This document shows positions 39,107-49,559 of a stretch of 64,000 nucleotides of DNA, piece by piece. The DNA comes from Bacilli bacterium (lineage in GTDB: Bacteria > Bacillota_I > Bacilli_A > RF39 > UBA660). The translations under genes and the position numbers were made by a program. Within the stretch, counting starts at the first letter, position 1. Every line of letters starts with the position of its first letter. The stretch is taken from assembly GCA_017460745.1 (NCBI GenBank), contig JAFUAL010000014.1:924-64923 (forward strand). Direction: 5' to 3'. A model generated the notes under the pieces. That model ran no database searches, was not told the DNA's origin, and worked only from the letters and a program-made list of their open reading frames with translations.

Positions 39107-41737
39107 ATGAAATATGTTTATTCCTTTAAAGAAGGAAACAAAGACATGCGTAATTTACTAGGTGGTAAAGGCGCAAACTTAGCTGAAATGGCAAATTTAG
39201 GTTTACCTGTTCCTCATGGATTTACTATTACAACAGAAGCTTGTACAGCTTATTATAATGATGGTAAAGAGATAAATGAGGAAATAAGAACCCAAATTGA
39301 TGAATATTTAGTTAAATTAGAAAATGAACAAGGCAAAAAATTTGGAGATACAAGTGATCCACTTTTAGTATCAGTTAGAAGTGGTGCTCGTGCATCAATG
39401 CCAGGAATGATGGATACTATCTTGAATCTTGGTTTAAATGATGAAGCAGTTGAGGGATTTGCTAAGAAAACAAATAACCCAAGATTTGCATACGATTCAT
39501 ATAGAAGATTTATTCAAATGTTTTCTGATGTTGTTATGGAAGTACCAAAGAGTTATTTTGAAAAAATAATTGATGAAGTAAAAGAAGCTCGTGGTATTAA
39601 ATATGATGTTGAATTAACAGTTGAAGATTTAAAAGAATTAGTTACAAAATTTAAAGCAGTTTATAAAGAAAATAGAAATGAAGATTTTCCACAAGATCCA
39701 CATACTCAATTAATGGAAGCAATTAAAGCAGTATTTAGATCATGGGATAATCCAAGAGCAATTGTATATCGTCGTATGAATGATATTCCAGGAGATTGGG
39801 GAACAGCAGTTAATGTTCAATCAATGGTATTTGGAAATATGGGAGATACTAGTGGAACAGGTGTTGCATTTACAAGAAATCCATCTACTGGTGAAAAAGG
39901 AATATTTGGTGAATATTTAATAAATGCTCAAGGAGAAGATGTTGTTGCAGGTGTTCGTACTCCTCAACCTATTTCAAAACTTGAAAGTGATTTACCAGAA
40001 TGTTATAAACAATTCATGGAACTTGCAGAAAAATTAGAAAATCATTATCATGATATGCAAGATATGGAATTTACAATTCAAGAAGGAAAACTATATTTCT
40101 TACAAACAAGAAATGGAAAGAGAACTGCTCCAGCTGCAATTAAAATTGCCTGTGATTTAGTTGATGAAGGAATGATTACACCAGAAGAAGCTGTTTTAAG
40201 AATTGAAGCTAAGAGTTTAGATCAATTATTGCATCCAACATTTGTACCAGATGCTCTTAAAAAAGGAGAAGTTATAGGAGAAGCACTTCCTGCATCACCT
40301 GGTGCTGCAGCAGGTTATGTTGTATTTAATGCCGAAGATGCAAAACGTCTTGGAACAGGTGGAAAAGGTGATAGAGTTGTACTTGTAAGACTTGAAACTA
40401 CTCCAGAAGACATTGAAGGAATGATAGCTAGTCAAGGTATTTTAACTGTTCGTGGAGGAATGACAAGTCATGCTGCTGTTGTTGCTCGTGGTATGGGAAC
40501 TTGTTGTGTATCAGGATGTGGAGATATTCACATGAATGAAGAAGAAAAAGAATTTACTTTAGGTGGATATACATTCCATGAAGGTGATTATATTTCACTT
40601 GATGGTACAACAGGAAAAATTTATAAAGGCGACATTGAAACAATGGATGCAACTGTAAGTGGTAACTTTGGTCGTATCATGGCTTGGGCTGATGAATACA
40701 GAACACTTAAAGTTAAAACAAATGCTGATAATCCAAGAGATACAAGAAAAGCTGTTGAACTTGGGGCTGAAGGAATTGGACTTTGCCGTACAGAACATAT
40801 GTTCTTTGATGAAGAAAGAATTCCAGCAATTCGTAAGATGATTTTAAGTGAAACAGTAGAACAAAGAGAAGAAGCACTTTCACATTTAATTCCATTCCAA
40901 AAAGGTGACTTTAAGGCAATGTATAAGGAATTAAAAGGTCTTCCAATGACAGTTCGTTATTTAGACCCACCACTTCATGAATTTCTACCAAAAGAAGAAA
41001 AAGATATTCGTGCTTTAGCAAGTGACTTAGGTGTAACTTATGAACATTTATTAGAAAAATGTGATGAGTTACATGAATTTAATCCTATGATGGGACATCG
41101 TGGATGTAGATTAGCTGTTACTTATCCAGAAATTGCTCGTATGCAAACACGTGCACTTATGGAAGCAGCAATTGAGGTACATAATGAAGAGGGATTTAAT
41201 ATTGAACCTGAAATTATGATACCACTTGTAGGAGAGAAAAAAGAACTTAAGTATGTTAAAGATGTAGTAGTAGCAGAAGCTGAAAAAGTAAAAGAAGAAT
41301 TAAAATCAGATATTAAATATCATATTGGTACAATGATTGAAATTCCACGTGCTGCTGTTACTGCAGATCAAATTGCTGAAGAAGCTGAATTCTTCTCATT
41401 CGGAACAAATGATTTAACTCAAATGACATTTGGATTCTCAAGAGATGATGCTGGTAAATTCTTAGATAGTTATTATAAAGCAAAAATCTATGAACAAGAT
41501 CCATTTGCAAGACTTGATACAACAGGTGTAGGAACACTTATTAGAATGGCTGCTGAAAAAGGTAGAGCAACTCGTCCAGAACTTGAACTTGGAATATGTG
41601 GAGAACATGGTGGAGATCCTTCATCAATTGAATTCTGTAATGAAGTAGGACTTAACTATGTATCTTGTAGTCCATTTAGAGTACCTATAGCACGTCTTGC
41701 TGCTGCTCAAGCTGCTATTAATAAAAAAAATAGATAA
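39107..41737 (+). CDS. ppdK: Pyruvate, phosphate dikinase
   Basis: 876 aa. The N-terminus GGKGANLAEM (ATP-grasp), the phosphohistidine region GGMTSHAAVVARGMG and the C-terminal PEP-utilising domain (CGE...) are all present. Confidence 0.95.
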   Translation: MKYVYSFKEGNKDMRNLLGGKGANLAEMANLGLPVPHGFTITTEACTAYYNDGKEINEEIRTQIDEYLVKLENEQGKKFGDTSDPLLVSVRSGARASMPGMMDTILNLGLNDEAVEGFAKKTNNPRFAYDSYRRFIQMFSDVVMEVPKSYFEKIIDEVKEARGIKYDVELTVEDLKELVTKFKAVYKENRNEDFPQDPHTQLMEAIKAVFRSWDNPRAIVYRRMNDIPGDWGTAVNVQSMVFGNMGDTSGTGVAFTRNPSTGEKGIFGEYLINAQGEDVVAGVRTPQPISKLESDLPECYKQFMELAEKLENHYHDMQDMEFTIQEGKLYFLQTRNGKRTAPAAIKIACDLVDEGMITPEEAVLRIEAKSLDQLLHPTFVPDALKKGEVIGEALPASPGAAAGYVVFNAEDAKRLGTGGKGDRVVLVRLETTPEDIEGMIASQGILTVRGGMTSHAAVVARGMGTCCVSGCGDIHMNEEEKEFTLGGYTFHEGDYISLDGTTGKIYKGDIETMDATVSGNFGRIMAWADEYRTLKVKTNADNPRDTRKAVELGAEGIGLCRTEHMFFDEERIPAIRKMILSETVEQREEALSHLIPFQKGDFKAMYKELKGLPMTVRYLDPPLHEFLPKEEKDIRALASDLGVTYEHLLEKCDELHEFNPMMGHRGCRLAVTYPEIARMQTRALMEAAIEVHNEEGFNIEPEIMIPLVGEKKELKYVKDVVVAEAEKVKEELKSDIKYHIGTMIEIPRAAVTADQIAEEAEFFSFGTNDLTQMTFGFSRDDAGKFLDSYYKAKIYEQDPFARLDTTGVGTLIRMAAEKGRATRPELELGICGEHGGDPSSIEFCNEVGLNYVSCSPFRVPIARLAAAQAAINKKNR

Positions 41738-41826
41738 TTTGATATAAAGGTTAAATAGAAATATTTAATCTTTTTTATTGACAATGTAATGCATATTTGC
41801 TATCATAATTGATGAGGTAATAGTTA

Positions 41827-42093
41827 ATGAAAAATGAGAATGAATATATTATAAATGATGAAGAGTTTGATTTAATATGTAAATATGTAAAAATCAGATA
41901 TGAATCAAAAGTAAGCCAAAGAGAGTTAGCTAAAAAAATAGGAATAGCTCAATCTACTATTGCTAGAATGGAGAAGAATATACATTCTATGTCAATTGGA
42001 AATTTTACTAAATTATTATCAGCACTTGGTTACAAATTAGAAATTATAGAGAAGGAGGATCAACATGGAAAACAAAATAATAGCATTAACTAA
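41827..42093 (+). CDS. XRE-family HTH protein, copy 1
   Basis: HTH SQRELAKKIGIAQSTIARMEKN. It is 99% identical over 76 aa to copy 2 (43093-43341). Confidence 0.6.
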   Translation: MKNENEYIINDEEFDLICKYVKIRYESKVSQRELAKKIGIAQSTIARMEKNIHSMSIGNFTKLLSALGYKLEIIEKEDQHGKQNNSIN

Positions 42094-42895
42094 ATCATTT
42101 GAAGATGAAAAAATAAGAACAGTATGGAATAAGGAAGAAGAAAAATATTATATTAGTATAGTTGATATGATTAAAGTATTAACAGAAAGCACTGAACCTA
42201 GGAAATATTGGAATTGGTTAAAGAATAAATTACTAAAAGAAGAAAATTTTGAAACGTCTAGTATTACTAGACAGTTGAAATTAAAAGCAACAGATGGAAA
42301 AATGAGATTAACGGATGTTGTAGATATTGAAGGAATGTTTAGAGTTATTGAATCTATTCCATCAAAAAAAGCTGAACCTATTAAGTTATGGCTTGCTCAC
42401 CTTGGAAAAGAAAGAATAGATGAAGAATATGATCCTGAGATAACAATTAATAGAGCACTTGAAGCATATCGAAGAAAAGGTTACTCTGATGATTGGATTA
42501 ATCAAAGATTGAAAGCAATAGATGCCAGAAAAGAATTTACTGATGAATTAAAAAATAATGGTATTGAAAGTAGTAAGGATTTTGCTATACTAACAGATTT
42601 ATTAACTAAAACATGGAGTGGATATTCAACAAAAGAGTATAAGTCATATAAAGGATTAACTAAAGAAAACTTAAGGGATAATATGACTAATATGGAATTA
42701 GTATTAAATATGCTTGCAGAGGCAACCTCTACAGAAATAGCAAAATCAAATAATGAGAAAAGCAAAGAAAATGCAAGAAGTTCAGTAATTGAAGGTGGCA
42801 CTATTGCTAAAAACACAAGAGAACAAATAGAGCGAAAAACAGGAAAGAAAATAGTAACAAATATTAACAATAAAAATATAAAGCAAATAAAATAA
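42065..42895 (+). CDS. RhuM-family (Bro-N/virulence-protein RhuM-like) protein, copy 1
   Basis: The N-terminus IRTVWNKEEEKYYISIVDMIKVLTES matches the RhuM family signature (ETVWLTQAQMAELF...). Confidence 0.55.
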   Translation: MENKIIALTKSFEDEKIRTVWNKEEEKYYISIVDMIKVLTESTEPRKYWNWLKNKLLKEENFETSSITRQLKLKATDGKMRLTDVVDIEGMFRVIESIPSKKAEPIKLWLAHLGKERIDEEYDPEITINRALEAYRRKGYSDDWINQRLKAIDARKEFTDELKNNGIESSKDFAILTDLLTKTWSGYSTKEYKSYKGLTKENLRDNMTNMELVLNMLAEATSTEIAKSNNEKSKENARSSVIEGGTIAKNTREQIERKTGKKIVTNINNKNIKQIK

Positions 42896-42976
42896 AGTAT
42901 TGTAAGAGTTATTTTAACATAAATTTATATTGAAGACACTTTATGGTCTTACTGCAAGGCAGATAAGATAGTAGTA

Positions 42977-43092
42977 CAAGCTGCTATTAATAAAAAATAG
43001 ATAATTATGATATAAAGGTTAAATAAAAATATTTATTTTTTTATTGACAATATAATGCGTATTTGCTGTCATGACTAATGAGGTAATAGTTA
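42977..43092 (+). repeat. Second copy of a ~350-bp direct repeat (41707-42060 / 42977-43325) that includes the last ~30 nt of ppdK, the promoter region, and the HTH gene
   Basis: caagctgctattaataaaaaa(aa)tagataatt...ttgacaat[g/a]taatgc[a/g]tatttgct[a/g]tcat... aligns with the ppdK 3' end and downstream region at >90% identity. Confidence 0.7.
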
Positions 43093-43341
43093 ATGAAAAA
43101 TAAGAATGAATATATTATAAATGATGAAGAGTTTGATTTAATATGTAAATATGTAAAAATCAGATATGAATCAAAAGTAAGCCAAAGAGAGTTAGCTAAA
43201 AAAATAGGAATAGCCCAATCTACTATTGCTAGAATGGAGAAGAATATACATTCTATGTCAATTGGGAATTTTACTAAATTATTATCGGCACTTGGTTACA
43301 AATTAGAAATTATAGAGAAGGAGGCCAAAAATGAAAAATAA
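43093..43341 (+). CDS. XRE-family HTH protein, copy 2
   Basis: Identical to copy 1 except E4K and a different C-terminal tail. Confidence 0.6.
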   Translation: MKNKNEYIINDEEFDLICKYVKIRYESKVSQRELAKKIGIAQSTIARMEKNIHSMSIGNFTKLLSALGYKLEIIEKEAKNEK

Positions 43342-44188
43342 CAAATTAGAAACTATTTCAAATTTATTTGAAGGTCAGGAAATAAGAAGTATATGGGATA
43401 AAGAGAAAGAAGAATATTATTTTAGTGTAGTAGATGTTATAAGTGCATTAACTGATGCAACTATACCTAAAAGATATTGGAGCGATTTAAAACGAGAGCT
43501 AATAAATGAAGGTAGTCAGTTGTACGAAAAAATCGTACAACTGAAGTTAAAGTCCTCAAAGGATGGTAAAAATTATTTAACTGATACACTAGATACTGAA
43601 GGTATATTTAGACTTATTGAATCAGTTCCTAGTCCTAAGGCAGAACCATTTAAATTATGGTTAGCCAAACTTGGTAGACAAAAGGTTGATGAAATATTTG
43701 ATCCTTCTAAAGGAATTGATGAGATGATAGATTTTTATTTAAAAAAAGGATACACATTAGAATGGATTGAAGCTAGAATTAAAGCTATTATTGATCGAAA
43801 AAGGCTTACTAAAGTATGGAATGATGGTGGTGTTAAAGAAGGAAAAGAATATGCAATGCTTACTAATGCTATTTATAAAGAATGGTCTGGTATGACTGCA
43901 TCAGAATATAAAGCATTTAAAGGTATAAGAAAAGAAAATTTAAGGGATAATATGTCTAGAATTGAAGTATTATTAACTGACTTAGGTGAATTAGCAGCTC
44001 ATGATATTGCTGAAGAGGAGCACCCCCAAGGTTTTAGAGAAAATGTAAAAGCAGCTAAGCGTGGTGGAAAGGTTGCAAAAGATGCTAGAAATTCATATGA
44101 AAAAGCAACAAAAAAGTCAGCAATTTCAAAAAATAATTCTTTAAAGTATAAATATATAGATGAAAACAATAAAATAGAAAAAAGGTAA
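43331..44188 (+). CDS. RhuM-family protein, copy 2 (diverged, ~50% identical to copy 1)
   Basis: QEIRSIWDKEKEEYYFSVVDVISALTDA and the conserved KENLRDNM block are shared with copy 1. Confidence 0.55.
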   Translation: MKNNKLETISNLFEGQEIRSIWDKEKEEYYFSVVDVISALTDATIPKRYWSDLKRELINEGSQLYEKIVQLKLKSSKDGKNYLTDTLDTEGIFRLIESVPSPKAEPFKLWLAKLGRQKVDEIFDPSKGIDEMIDFYLKKGYTLEWIEARIKAIIDRKRLTKVWNDGGVKEGKEYAMLTNAIYKEWSGMTASEYKAFKGIRKENLRDNMSRIEVLLTDLGELAAHDIAEEEHPQGFRENVKAAKRGGKVAKDARNSYEKATKKSAISKNNSLKYKYIDENNKIEKR

Positions 44189-44257
44189 ATGTTTTAGTTT
44201 AGTTCTTTTATATTCGAACTATAAAAAAGTAAAAATAAATATGATGCATATAATATA

Positions 44258-44530
44258 ATGGTGATGTTTATGTATAATTTACAAGATGCTTTGCATGCTG
44301 CTTTAATATTAGGAGTTGACTTTTATAATTTTAGTCCAGAAGATTTTTTAAATGGAATTAATATTGAAATGGAACATGGAACTGTAAATAAAGAAACAAA
44401 TGTAACAAATGATAATTTAATTATGACGGCTAAGATTGCATTAGCACATTTAAATGAATTTCCTAATTATTATAATAAAGAATATGGTTTAGGAAAATTT
44501 GAAGAATTTTTGAAAAGTAAACTAAAATAA
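44258..44530 (+). CDS. Small hypothetical protein
   Basis: 90-aa ORF (alternative start at 44270). No recognisable domain. Confidence 0.3.
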   Translation: MVMFMYNLQDALHAALILGVDFYNFSPEDFLNGINIEMEHGTVNKETNVTNDNLIMTAKIALAHLNEFPNYYNKEYGLGKFEEFLKSKLK

Positions 44531-44645
44531 GCAATATTTGAACAAAAATATTGCTTTAATTATAATTTTTTTGATTTTGTTTTATATTAGGTTTGATTAT
44601 TTTTCAAATTTATATTAAAATATACTCGTTAAAGGGGAGATTAGT

Positions 44646-45917
44646 ATGTTTATAGATGAAGTAAAAATTGAAGTAATTGCTGGAAATGGAGGCGACGGGT
44701 GTACTGCTTTTCGTCGTGAAAAATATGTTGCTATGGGTGGTCCATTTGGTGGAGATGGAGGACGTGGCTCTGATATTATTTTTAAAGTTGATACTGGGCT
44801 TCATACTTTAATTGACCTTAGATATATGAAAAGAATTAAAGGTAAAAAAGGTGAAAATGGAACTGGTAAAAACATGAATGGAAGCGATGCCGAAGATGTT
44901 ATTATAAAGGTACCACAGGGAACAGTTATAAGTGATTATGAGACAAATTTAGTTATAGCAGATTTAAAAGATAAAGATTCGGAGTTCGTAGTAGCTAAAG
45001 GTGGCCGTGGTGGATATGGGAATACACATTTTAAAACTATTTCAAATCCTGCTCCAAATTTTTCAGAGAATGGAGAACCAGGAGAAGCTAAAACTTTAAA
45101 ACTTGAATTAAAGTTACTTGCTGATGTTGGACTTGTTGGTTTACCAAGTGTTGGAAAAAGTACAATTTTATCATGTGTATCAAAAGCTAAACCAAAGATA
45201 GCAGATTATCATTTTACAACATTAACACCTAATCTTGGAGTTGTAAAAACTAAAGATAATAGAAGTTTTGTTATGGCCGATTTACCTGGCCTTATTGAAG
45301 GAGCAAGTGAAGGATTAGGTCTTGGTGATAAATTTTTAAGACATATTGAAAGAACAAAAGTAATTGCTCATGTTATAGATATGGGTGGGGTTGAAGGCAG
45401 AGACCCATATGAGGATTTTGTATTAATTAATAAAGAATTAGAATCTTTTAGTGATAAATTAATTAAAAAACCAATGATAGTTATTGCTAATAAAATGGAT
45501 ATGCCAAATAGTCAGGAAAATTTAGAAAAATTTAAAGAAAAAGTTGATTTAGAAATTTTTCCTATAAGTGCAATTACAAAGACAGGACTTGATCCAGTTC
45601 TTATTAAACTTGCCGATTTAATTGAAACGACACCTGACACTCCTTTATATGCTGAATCTGAATATATATCACATGTTTTATATAAATATGAAGAAGAAAA
45701 ACCATTTACAGTAGAAAAAGTAGATAATAAATACATTATTAAGGGTAAAGTAGTAGAAAGAATGTTTCAAATGGCTAATTTTCAATCTGAGGAAGGTATA
45801 GAAAGATTTTTACATCAAATTAAAAAACTTGGAGTAGATGCTGAACTTGAAAAGATGGGAATTAAGGATGGAGATAGAGTTATCATATCAGATTTTGAAT
45901 TTGTTTATCAAAAATAG
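44646..45917 (+). CDS. obg: GTPase Obg/CgtA
   Basis: The Obg fold N-terminus MFIDEVKIEVIAGNGGDGCTAFRREKY, G1 GLPSVGKST, G3 DLPGLIEGA, and a C-terminal OCT/TGS-like domain. Confidence 0.95.
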   Translation: MFIDEVKIEVIAGNGGDGCTAFRREKYVAMGGPFGGDGGRGSDIIFKVDTGLHTLIDLRYMKRIKGKKGENGTGKNMNGSDAEDVIIKVPQGTVISDYETNLVIADLKDKDSEFVVAKGGRGGYGNTHFKTISNPAPNFSENGEPGEAKTLKLELKLLADVGLVGLPSVGKSTILSCVSKAKPKIADYHFTTLTPNLGVVKTKDNRSFVMADLPGLIEGASEGLGLGDKFLRHIERTKVIAHVIDMGGVEGRDPYEDFVLINKELESFSDKLIKKPMIVIANKMDMPNSQENLEKFKEKVDLEIFPISAITKTGLDPVLIKLADLIETTPDTPLYAESEYISHVLYKYEEEKPFTVEKVDNKYIIKGKVVERMFQMANFQSEEGIERFLHQIKKLGVDAELEKMGIKDGDRVIISDFEFVYQK

Positions 45918-45924
45918 GAGATAT

Positions 45925-46494
45925 ATGATTGTAGCAACCAATAATAAGGGAAAATTAAAAGAATTTAAAGATATATTAAAAGATTATGAATTATATTCTT
46001 TAAAAGAAAAAGGAATAAATATAGATATTTTAGAAGATGAAGATACTTTTTTAGGAAATGCTAAAAAGAAGGCTTTGAAAATATATGAAATTGCTCATGA
46101 AGCTGTTATTTCTGATGATTCGGGATTGTGTGTAAGTTGTTTAAATGGTTTTCCAGGTGTAATGACTCATAGATTTTTAGGGAGCAACGCAACAGATAAA
46201 GAAAGAAATGAATATATAATTCAGGAAGCTAGTATTCATAATGATAGAAGTGCACAGGTTATTTGTAATATTGTATATTATGATGGCGAACATTTGCTTG
46301 TGGGTGAGGGAATATTAGATGGCTTTATTTCTGATAGTCCAAGAGGTGTGAATGGTTTTGGATTTGATTCTATATTTGAACTTCCAAATGGTTTAACCTT
46401 AGCAGAACTTACTTCCAATGAAAAAAATAAGATAAGTGCTAGAGCATTAGCAATTAAAGATTTAGAAAAAAAATTACAAGGACTTTCAAAGTAA
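45925..46494 (+). CDS. rdgB: Non-canonical purine NTP pyrophosphatase (RdgB/Ham1 family)
   Basis: MIVATNNKGKLKEF...DSGLCV...FGFDSIF. Start set at ATG 45925 after the obg stop, because the upstream in-frame extension from 45838 overlaps obg. Confidence 0.85.
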   Translation: MIVATNNKGKLKEFKDILKDYELYSLKEKGINIDILEDEDTFLGNAKKKALKIYEIAHEAVISDDSGLCVSCLNGFPGVMTHRFLGSNATDKERNEYIIQEASIHNDRSAQVICNIVYYDGEHLLVGEGILDGFISDSPRGVNGFGFDSIFELPNGLTLAELTSNEKNKISARALAIKDLEKKLQGLSK

Positions 46495-46547
46495 TTATAA
46501 TAATTCAAATCTTTTTTTTTATATAAAAAAATGATATAATAAAATTT

Positions 46548-47012
46548 ATGAAAAGACGAGTTTATATATATAGTTTTATATTATTAATTATTGATATAAT
46601 TTCAAAATTAATTGTTAAAAATAATATGGTTTTAAATCAAAGTATTAAGATTATACCTAATTTTTTTAACTTAACTTATGTGTTAAATGATGGAGCAGCT
46701 TTTAGTATATTAAGAGGAAAACTTAATTTATTAATAATTCTTGGTCTAGTAATATTTATAGGTATTATTTATTATTTAAATAAAGAAAGACTTAACAATT
46801 ATAAAATAGTTTATTATAGTTTATTAATTGGAGGATTGCTTGGTAATTTAATTGATAGAATTATTTATAATGCGGTTATTGACTTTTTAGATTTTAATAT
46901 TTTGGGTTTAAATTTTCCTATTTTTAACTTAGCGGATACATTTATTTGTGTAAGTATAGGACTGATTATAATAGAAGGGATTGTAGATTTATATGGAAAT
47001 AAAAGTAGATGA
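46548..47012 (+). CDS. lspA: Lipoprotein signal peptidase (signal peptidase II)
   Basis: NDGAAFSIL...FNLAD conserved motifs. 154 aa with 4 TM. Confidence 0.85.
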   Translation: MKRRVYIYSFILLIIDIISKLIVKNNMVLNQSIKIIPNFFNLTYVLNDGAAFSILRGKLNLLIILGLVIFIGIIYYLNKERLNNYKIVYYSLLIGGLLGNLIDRIIYNAVIDFLDFNILGLNFPIFNLADTFICVSIGLIIIEGIVDLYGNKSR

Positions 47013-47883
47013 AAGTGGAATAAGAATTGATAAATATTTATCTTTAAAAACTGAGTATTCAAGAAATAAGATTCAAAAATTAATTGATAAGGAATTGATT
47101 CATGTAAATGGTCGAGTGATATATAATAATTATAAAGTAGAGTTAGGGGATTTAATTGAAATATTAGAACTGCCAATTGAGCCACTTGATAATTTAGAAC
47201 CAAGTGATATTCCACTTGATATTGTATATGAAGATGATGATTTAATAGTTATTAATAAAGCATCAGGTATGGTTGTTCATCCAGCTCCAGGTAATTATCA
47301 AGATACTTTAGTAAATGCTTTAATTGGAAGACATAATTTAAGTAATAATGGATATAGACCAGGTATTGTGCATAGACTTGATAAAGATACAAGTGGTTTG
47401 ATGTTAGTTGCCAAAAATGATTTTACTCATGAAAAATTATCCACAATGATTGGGGAAAAGCAAGTTGAGAGACACTACTTAGCCTTAGTTGAAGGAACAT
47501 TTAATAATGAAACTGGAACGATAGATGCACCAATTGGACGAGACTCTAAATATAGAGAAAAGATGACAGTTACAAGTATTAATAGTAAAAATGCCATTAC
47601 TCATTTTAAAGTATTAGAAAGATTTAATAACTATACTTTAATTGAATGTATCTTAGAAACAGGTAGAACTCATCAAATAAGAGTTCACATGAAATATATC
47701 AATCATCCTATAGTAAATGATCCTATATACGGTAAAGTAGTATCAGGTTACTTAGAATTTGGACAACTTTTACATTCAAAAAAAATAAAATTTAAGCATC
47801 CAAGAACTGGACAAGTACTGGAATTTGAAGTCATGCCACCTCAAGAATTCATGGATATTTTAAACTGGGTTGTAAACGATTAA
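46993..47883 (+). CDS. rluD: 23S rRNA pseudouridine synthase, RluA family (RluD-like) with S4 domain
   Basis: N-terminal S4-like RIDKYLS, then HRLDKDTSGLMLVAKN with the catalytic Asp. Confidence 0.85.
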   Translation: MEIKVDESGIRIDKYLSLKTEYSRNKIQKLIDKELIHVNGRVIYNNYKVELGDLIEILELPIEPLDNLEPSDIPLDIVYEDDDLIVINKASGMVVHPAPGNYQDTLVNALIGRHNLSNNGYRPGIVHRLDKDTSGLMLVAKNDFTHEKLSTMIGEKQVERHYLALVEGTFNNETGTIDAPIGRDSKYREKMTVTSINSKNAITHFKVLERFNNYTLIECILETGRTHQIRVHMKYINHPIVNDPIYGKVVSGYLEFGQLLHSKKIKFKHPRTGQVLEFEVMPPQEFMDILNWVVND

Positions 47884-47902
47884 TAAAAATAATAGGAGGG
47901 TT

Positions 47903-49153
47903 ATGAAAAAAATATTTATTATAATTACTTTGATTTTAATAATTACAGGATGTAAATCAACTACTAGTAAAGATTTAGAAAAGACAGATGAAGTATTTAA
48001 TTTTACAGATAATATACTTGATAGTGTAGATATTGATGTTTATTCAATATATGGAAGATTTTTTAATATTTCAGGTATTTTAAAAACAAAAGATAATTAC
48101 AAAGTAGTTTTAAAAAATAATGAATTAGAGAAAGAATTTGATATTTATATAAATGATAATAGTGATAAAATAACCTTTCAAACTAGTAAATTAATTAATG
48201 AAGGAATAAATTTAGAAGAAATCGAACCTGGTACTTATATTGTTTTCCTTAAGAACAATGATACTTATTATAATTTAAAAAATGTAAGTAATTATAAAAA
48301 TTTAGAATATTATACGATAACTCAAAATGGAAAAAATAGAAAGATAACCATAGAATTTACAAAGATATTAGATGTTCCTTATTTAATTTTAAATTGTATT
48401 GATGAGAAATTACCAAGTGATGTATATGATATAGTAATTGATCCAGGTCATGGTGGAAAAGATATAGGTGCTAGTTACAAAGATTATACAGAAAGTAAAT
48501 TTAATTTAGAATATGCACTTAAGTTAAAAGAAGAATTAGAGAGTTTGGGTTTAAAAGTAAAACTAACAAGGGAAACAGATAAATCACTTGATAACTATGG
48601 AGAAAAAGGACGAGTTAGTATTCCATATATTACTAAAGCTAAACTTATGTTATCTCTTCATTTAAATTCGGCAAAGCTAAACGTTGGAAAAGGTGGAGTA
48701 GAAATTTATATTGCAAATAATAGTAATATTGATTTTGCTAAAAAAATGGCAGAGAGTATCGTAGAAAAAACGGGTACAATTTTTTCTACTAATTCATCAG
48801 ATAGAGTTGCAAGTGGTGTTTATTTAAGAAAACTTACAAAAAGTGATTTAGATGAATTAAAAAAAGAAGCCGAAAGGGATGGATATACTCCATATGAAAA
48901 GGCAACTACTAGTTCAACATATTATTATATTATAAGAGAAATAGGTGGAATTGTAACAGGCTCATATATAGATGGGCGAAATAAGAAGAAACCAAGTAAT
49001 CCATACTATAATAGCAATCATGGATGTGAAAGTTACTTAGTAGAACTTGGTTATATCAGCAGTGATACTAATTTAGATTTACTTATAAACAAAAAAGATA
49101 AATATATAGAAGCAATAAAAGAAAGTATTAAGAATGAATTAAATATAAAATAA
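47903..49153 (+). CDS. N-acetylmuramoyl-L-alanine amidase (Amidase_3) lipoprotein
   Basis: Lipobox LIITGCKST. The amidase_3 domain begins at IDPGHGGKDIGA...ELGYIS. Confidence 0.8.
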   Translation: MKKIFIIITLILIITGCKSTTSKDLEKTDEVFNFTDNILDSVDIDVYSIYGRFFNISGILKTKDNYKVVLKNNELEKEFDIYINDNSDKITFQTSKLINEGINLEEIEPGTYIVFLKNNDTYYNLKNVSNYKNLEYYTITQNGKNRKITIEFTKILDVPYLILNCIDEKLPSDVYDIVIDPGHGGKDIGASYKDYTESKFNLEYALKLKEELESLGLKVKLTRETDKSLDNYGEKGRVSIPYITKAKLMLSLHLNSAKLNVGKGGVEIYIANNSNIDFAKKMAESIVEKTGTIFSTNSSDRVASGVYLRKLTKSDLDELKKEAERDGYTPYEKATTSSTYYYIIREIGGIVTGSYIDGRNKKKPSNPYYNSNHGCESYLVELGYISSDTNLDLLINKKDKYIEAIKESIKNELNIK

Positions 49154-49205
49154 ACTTGAAGTATCTTTTTAAACTCTTTTAACATATAATTTATTAGGTG
49201 GTTTT

Positions 49206-49556
49206 ATGTCTAAAATTGAATTTAAAGAGTTTGTAAAAAAAAATACGGATTTAATTTCGTTTGTTGAACGTGGAGAAACAACTTGGCAAAAATTATATGA
49301 GTTATATGATTTATATGGAGAAAGTAGTACAGTATGGGATAAATATTTAAAAAATACTTCAACTATTAATAATAACATTGGAAGTAACTTTAAAGATTTA
49401 GTTAATTTAATAAAAGGGGTAGACTTAAATACAGTTCAAAAAGGCCTTTCTAGTTTAGATAAAGCAATAGATGCTTTTAAAGATATAATTCCTACTAAAA
49501 CACCAAATATAGATTCTTATGAACCACGTCCAACTTATAAATATTTTGAGGATTAA
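49206..49556 (+). CDS. Hypothetical protein
   Basis: 116-aa ORF with RBS AGGTGG. No recognisable domain. Confidence 0.35.
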   Translation: MSKIEFKEFVKKNTDLISFVERGETTWQKLYELYDLYGESSTVWDKYLKNTSTINNNIGSNFKDLVNLIKGVDLNTVQKGLSSLDKAIDAFKDIIPTKTPNIDSYEPRPTYKYFED

Positions 49557-49559
49557 AGT

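Noticed and set aside
41707-44190. Interpreting the duplicated ppdK-tail repeats as att sites of an integrated mobile element
   Set aside because: No integrase, recombinase or transposase gene is present within or beside the unit. A tandem duplication or gene-conversion event explains the data equally well. This is kept as a finding but not annotated as a mobile element.
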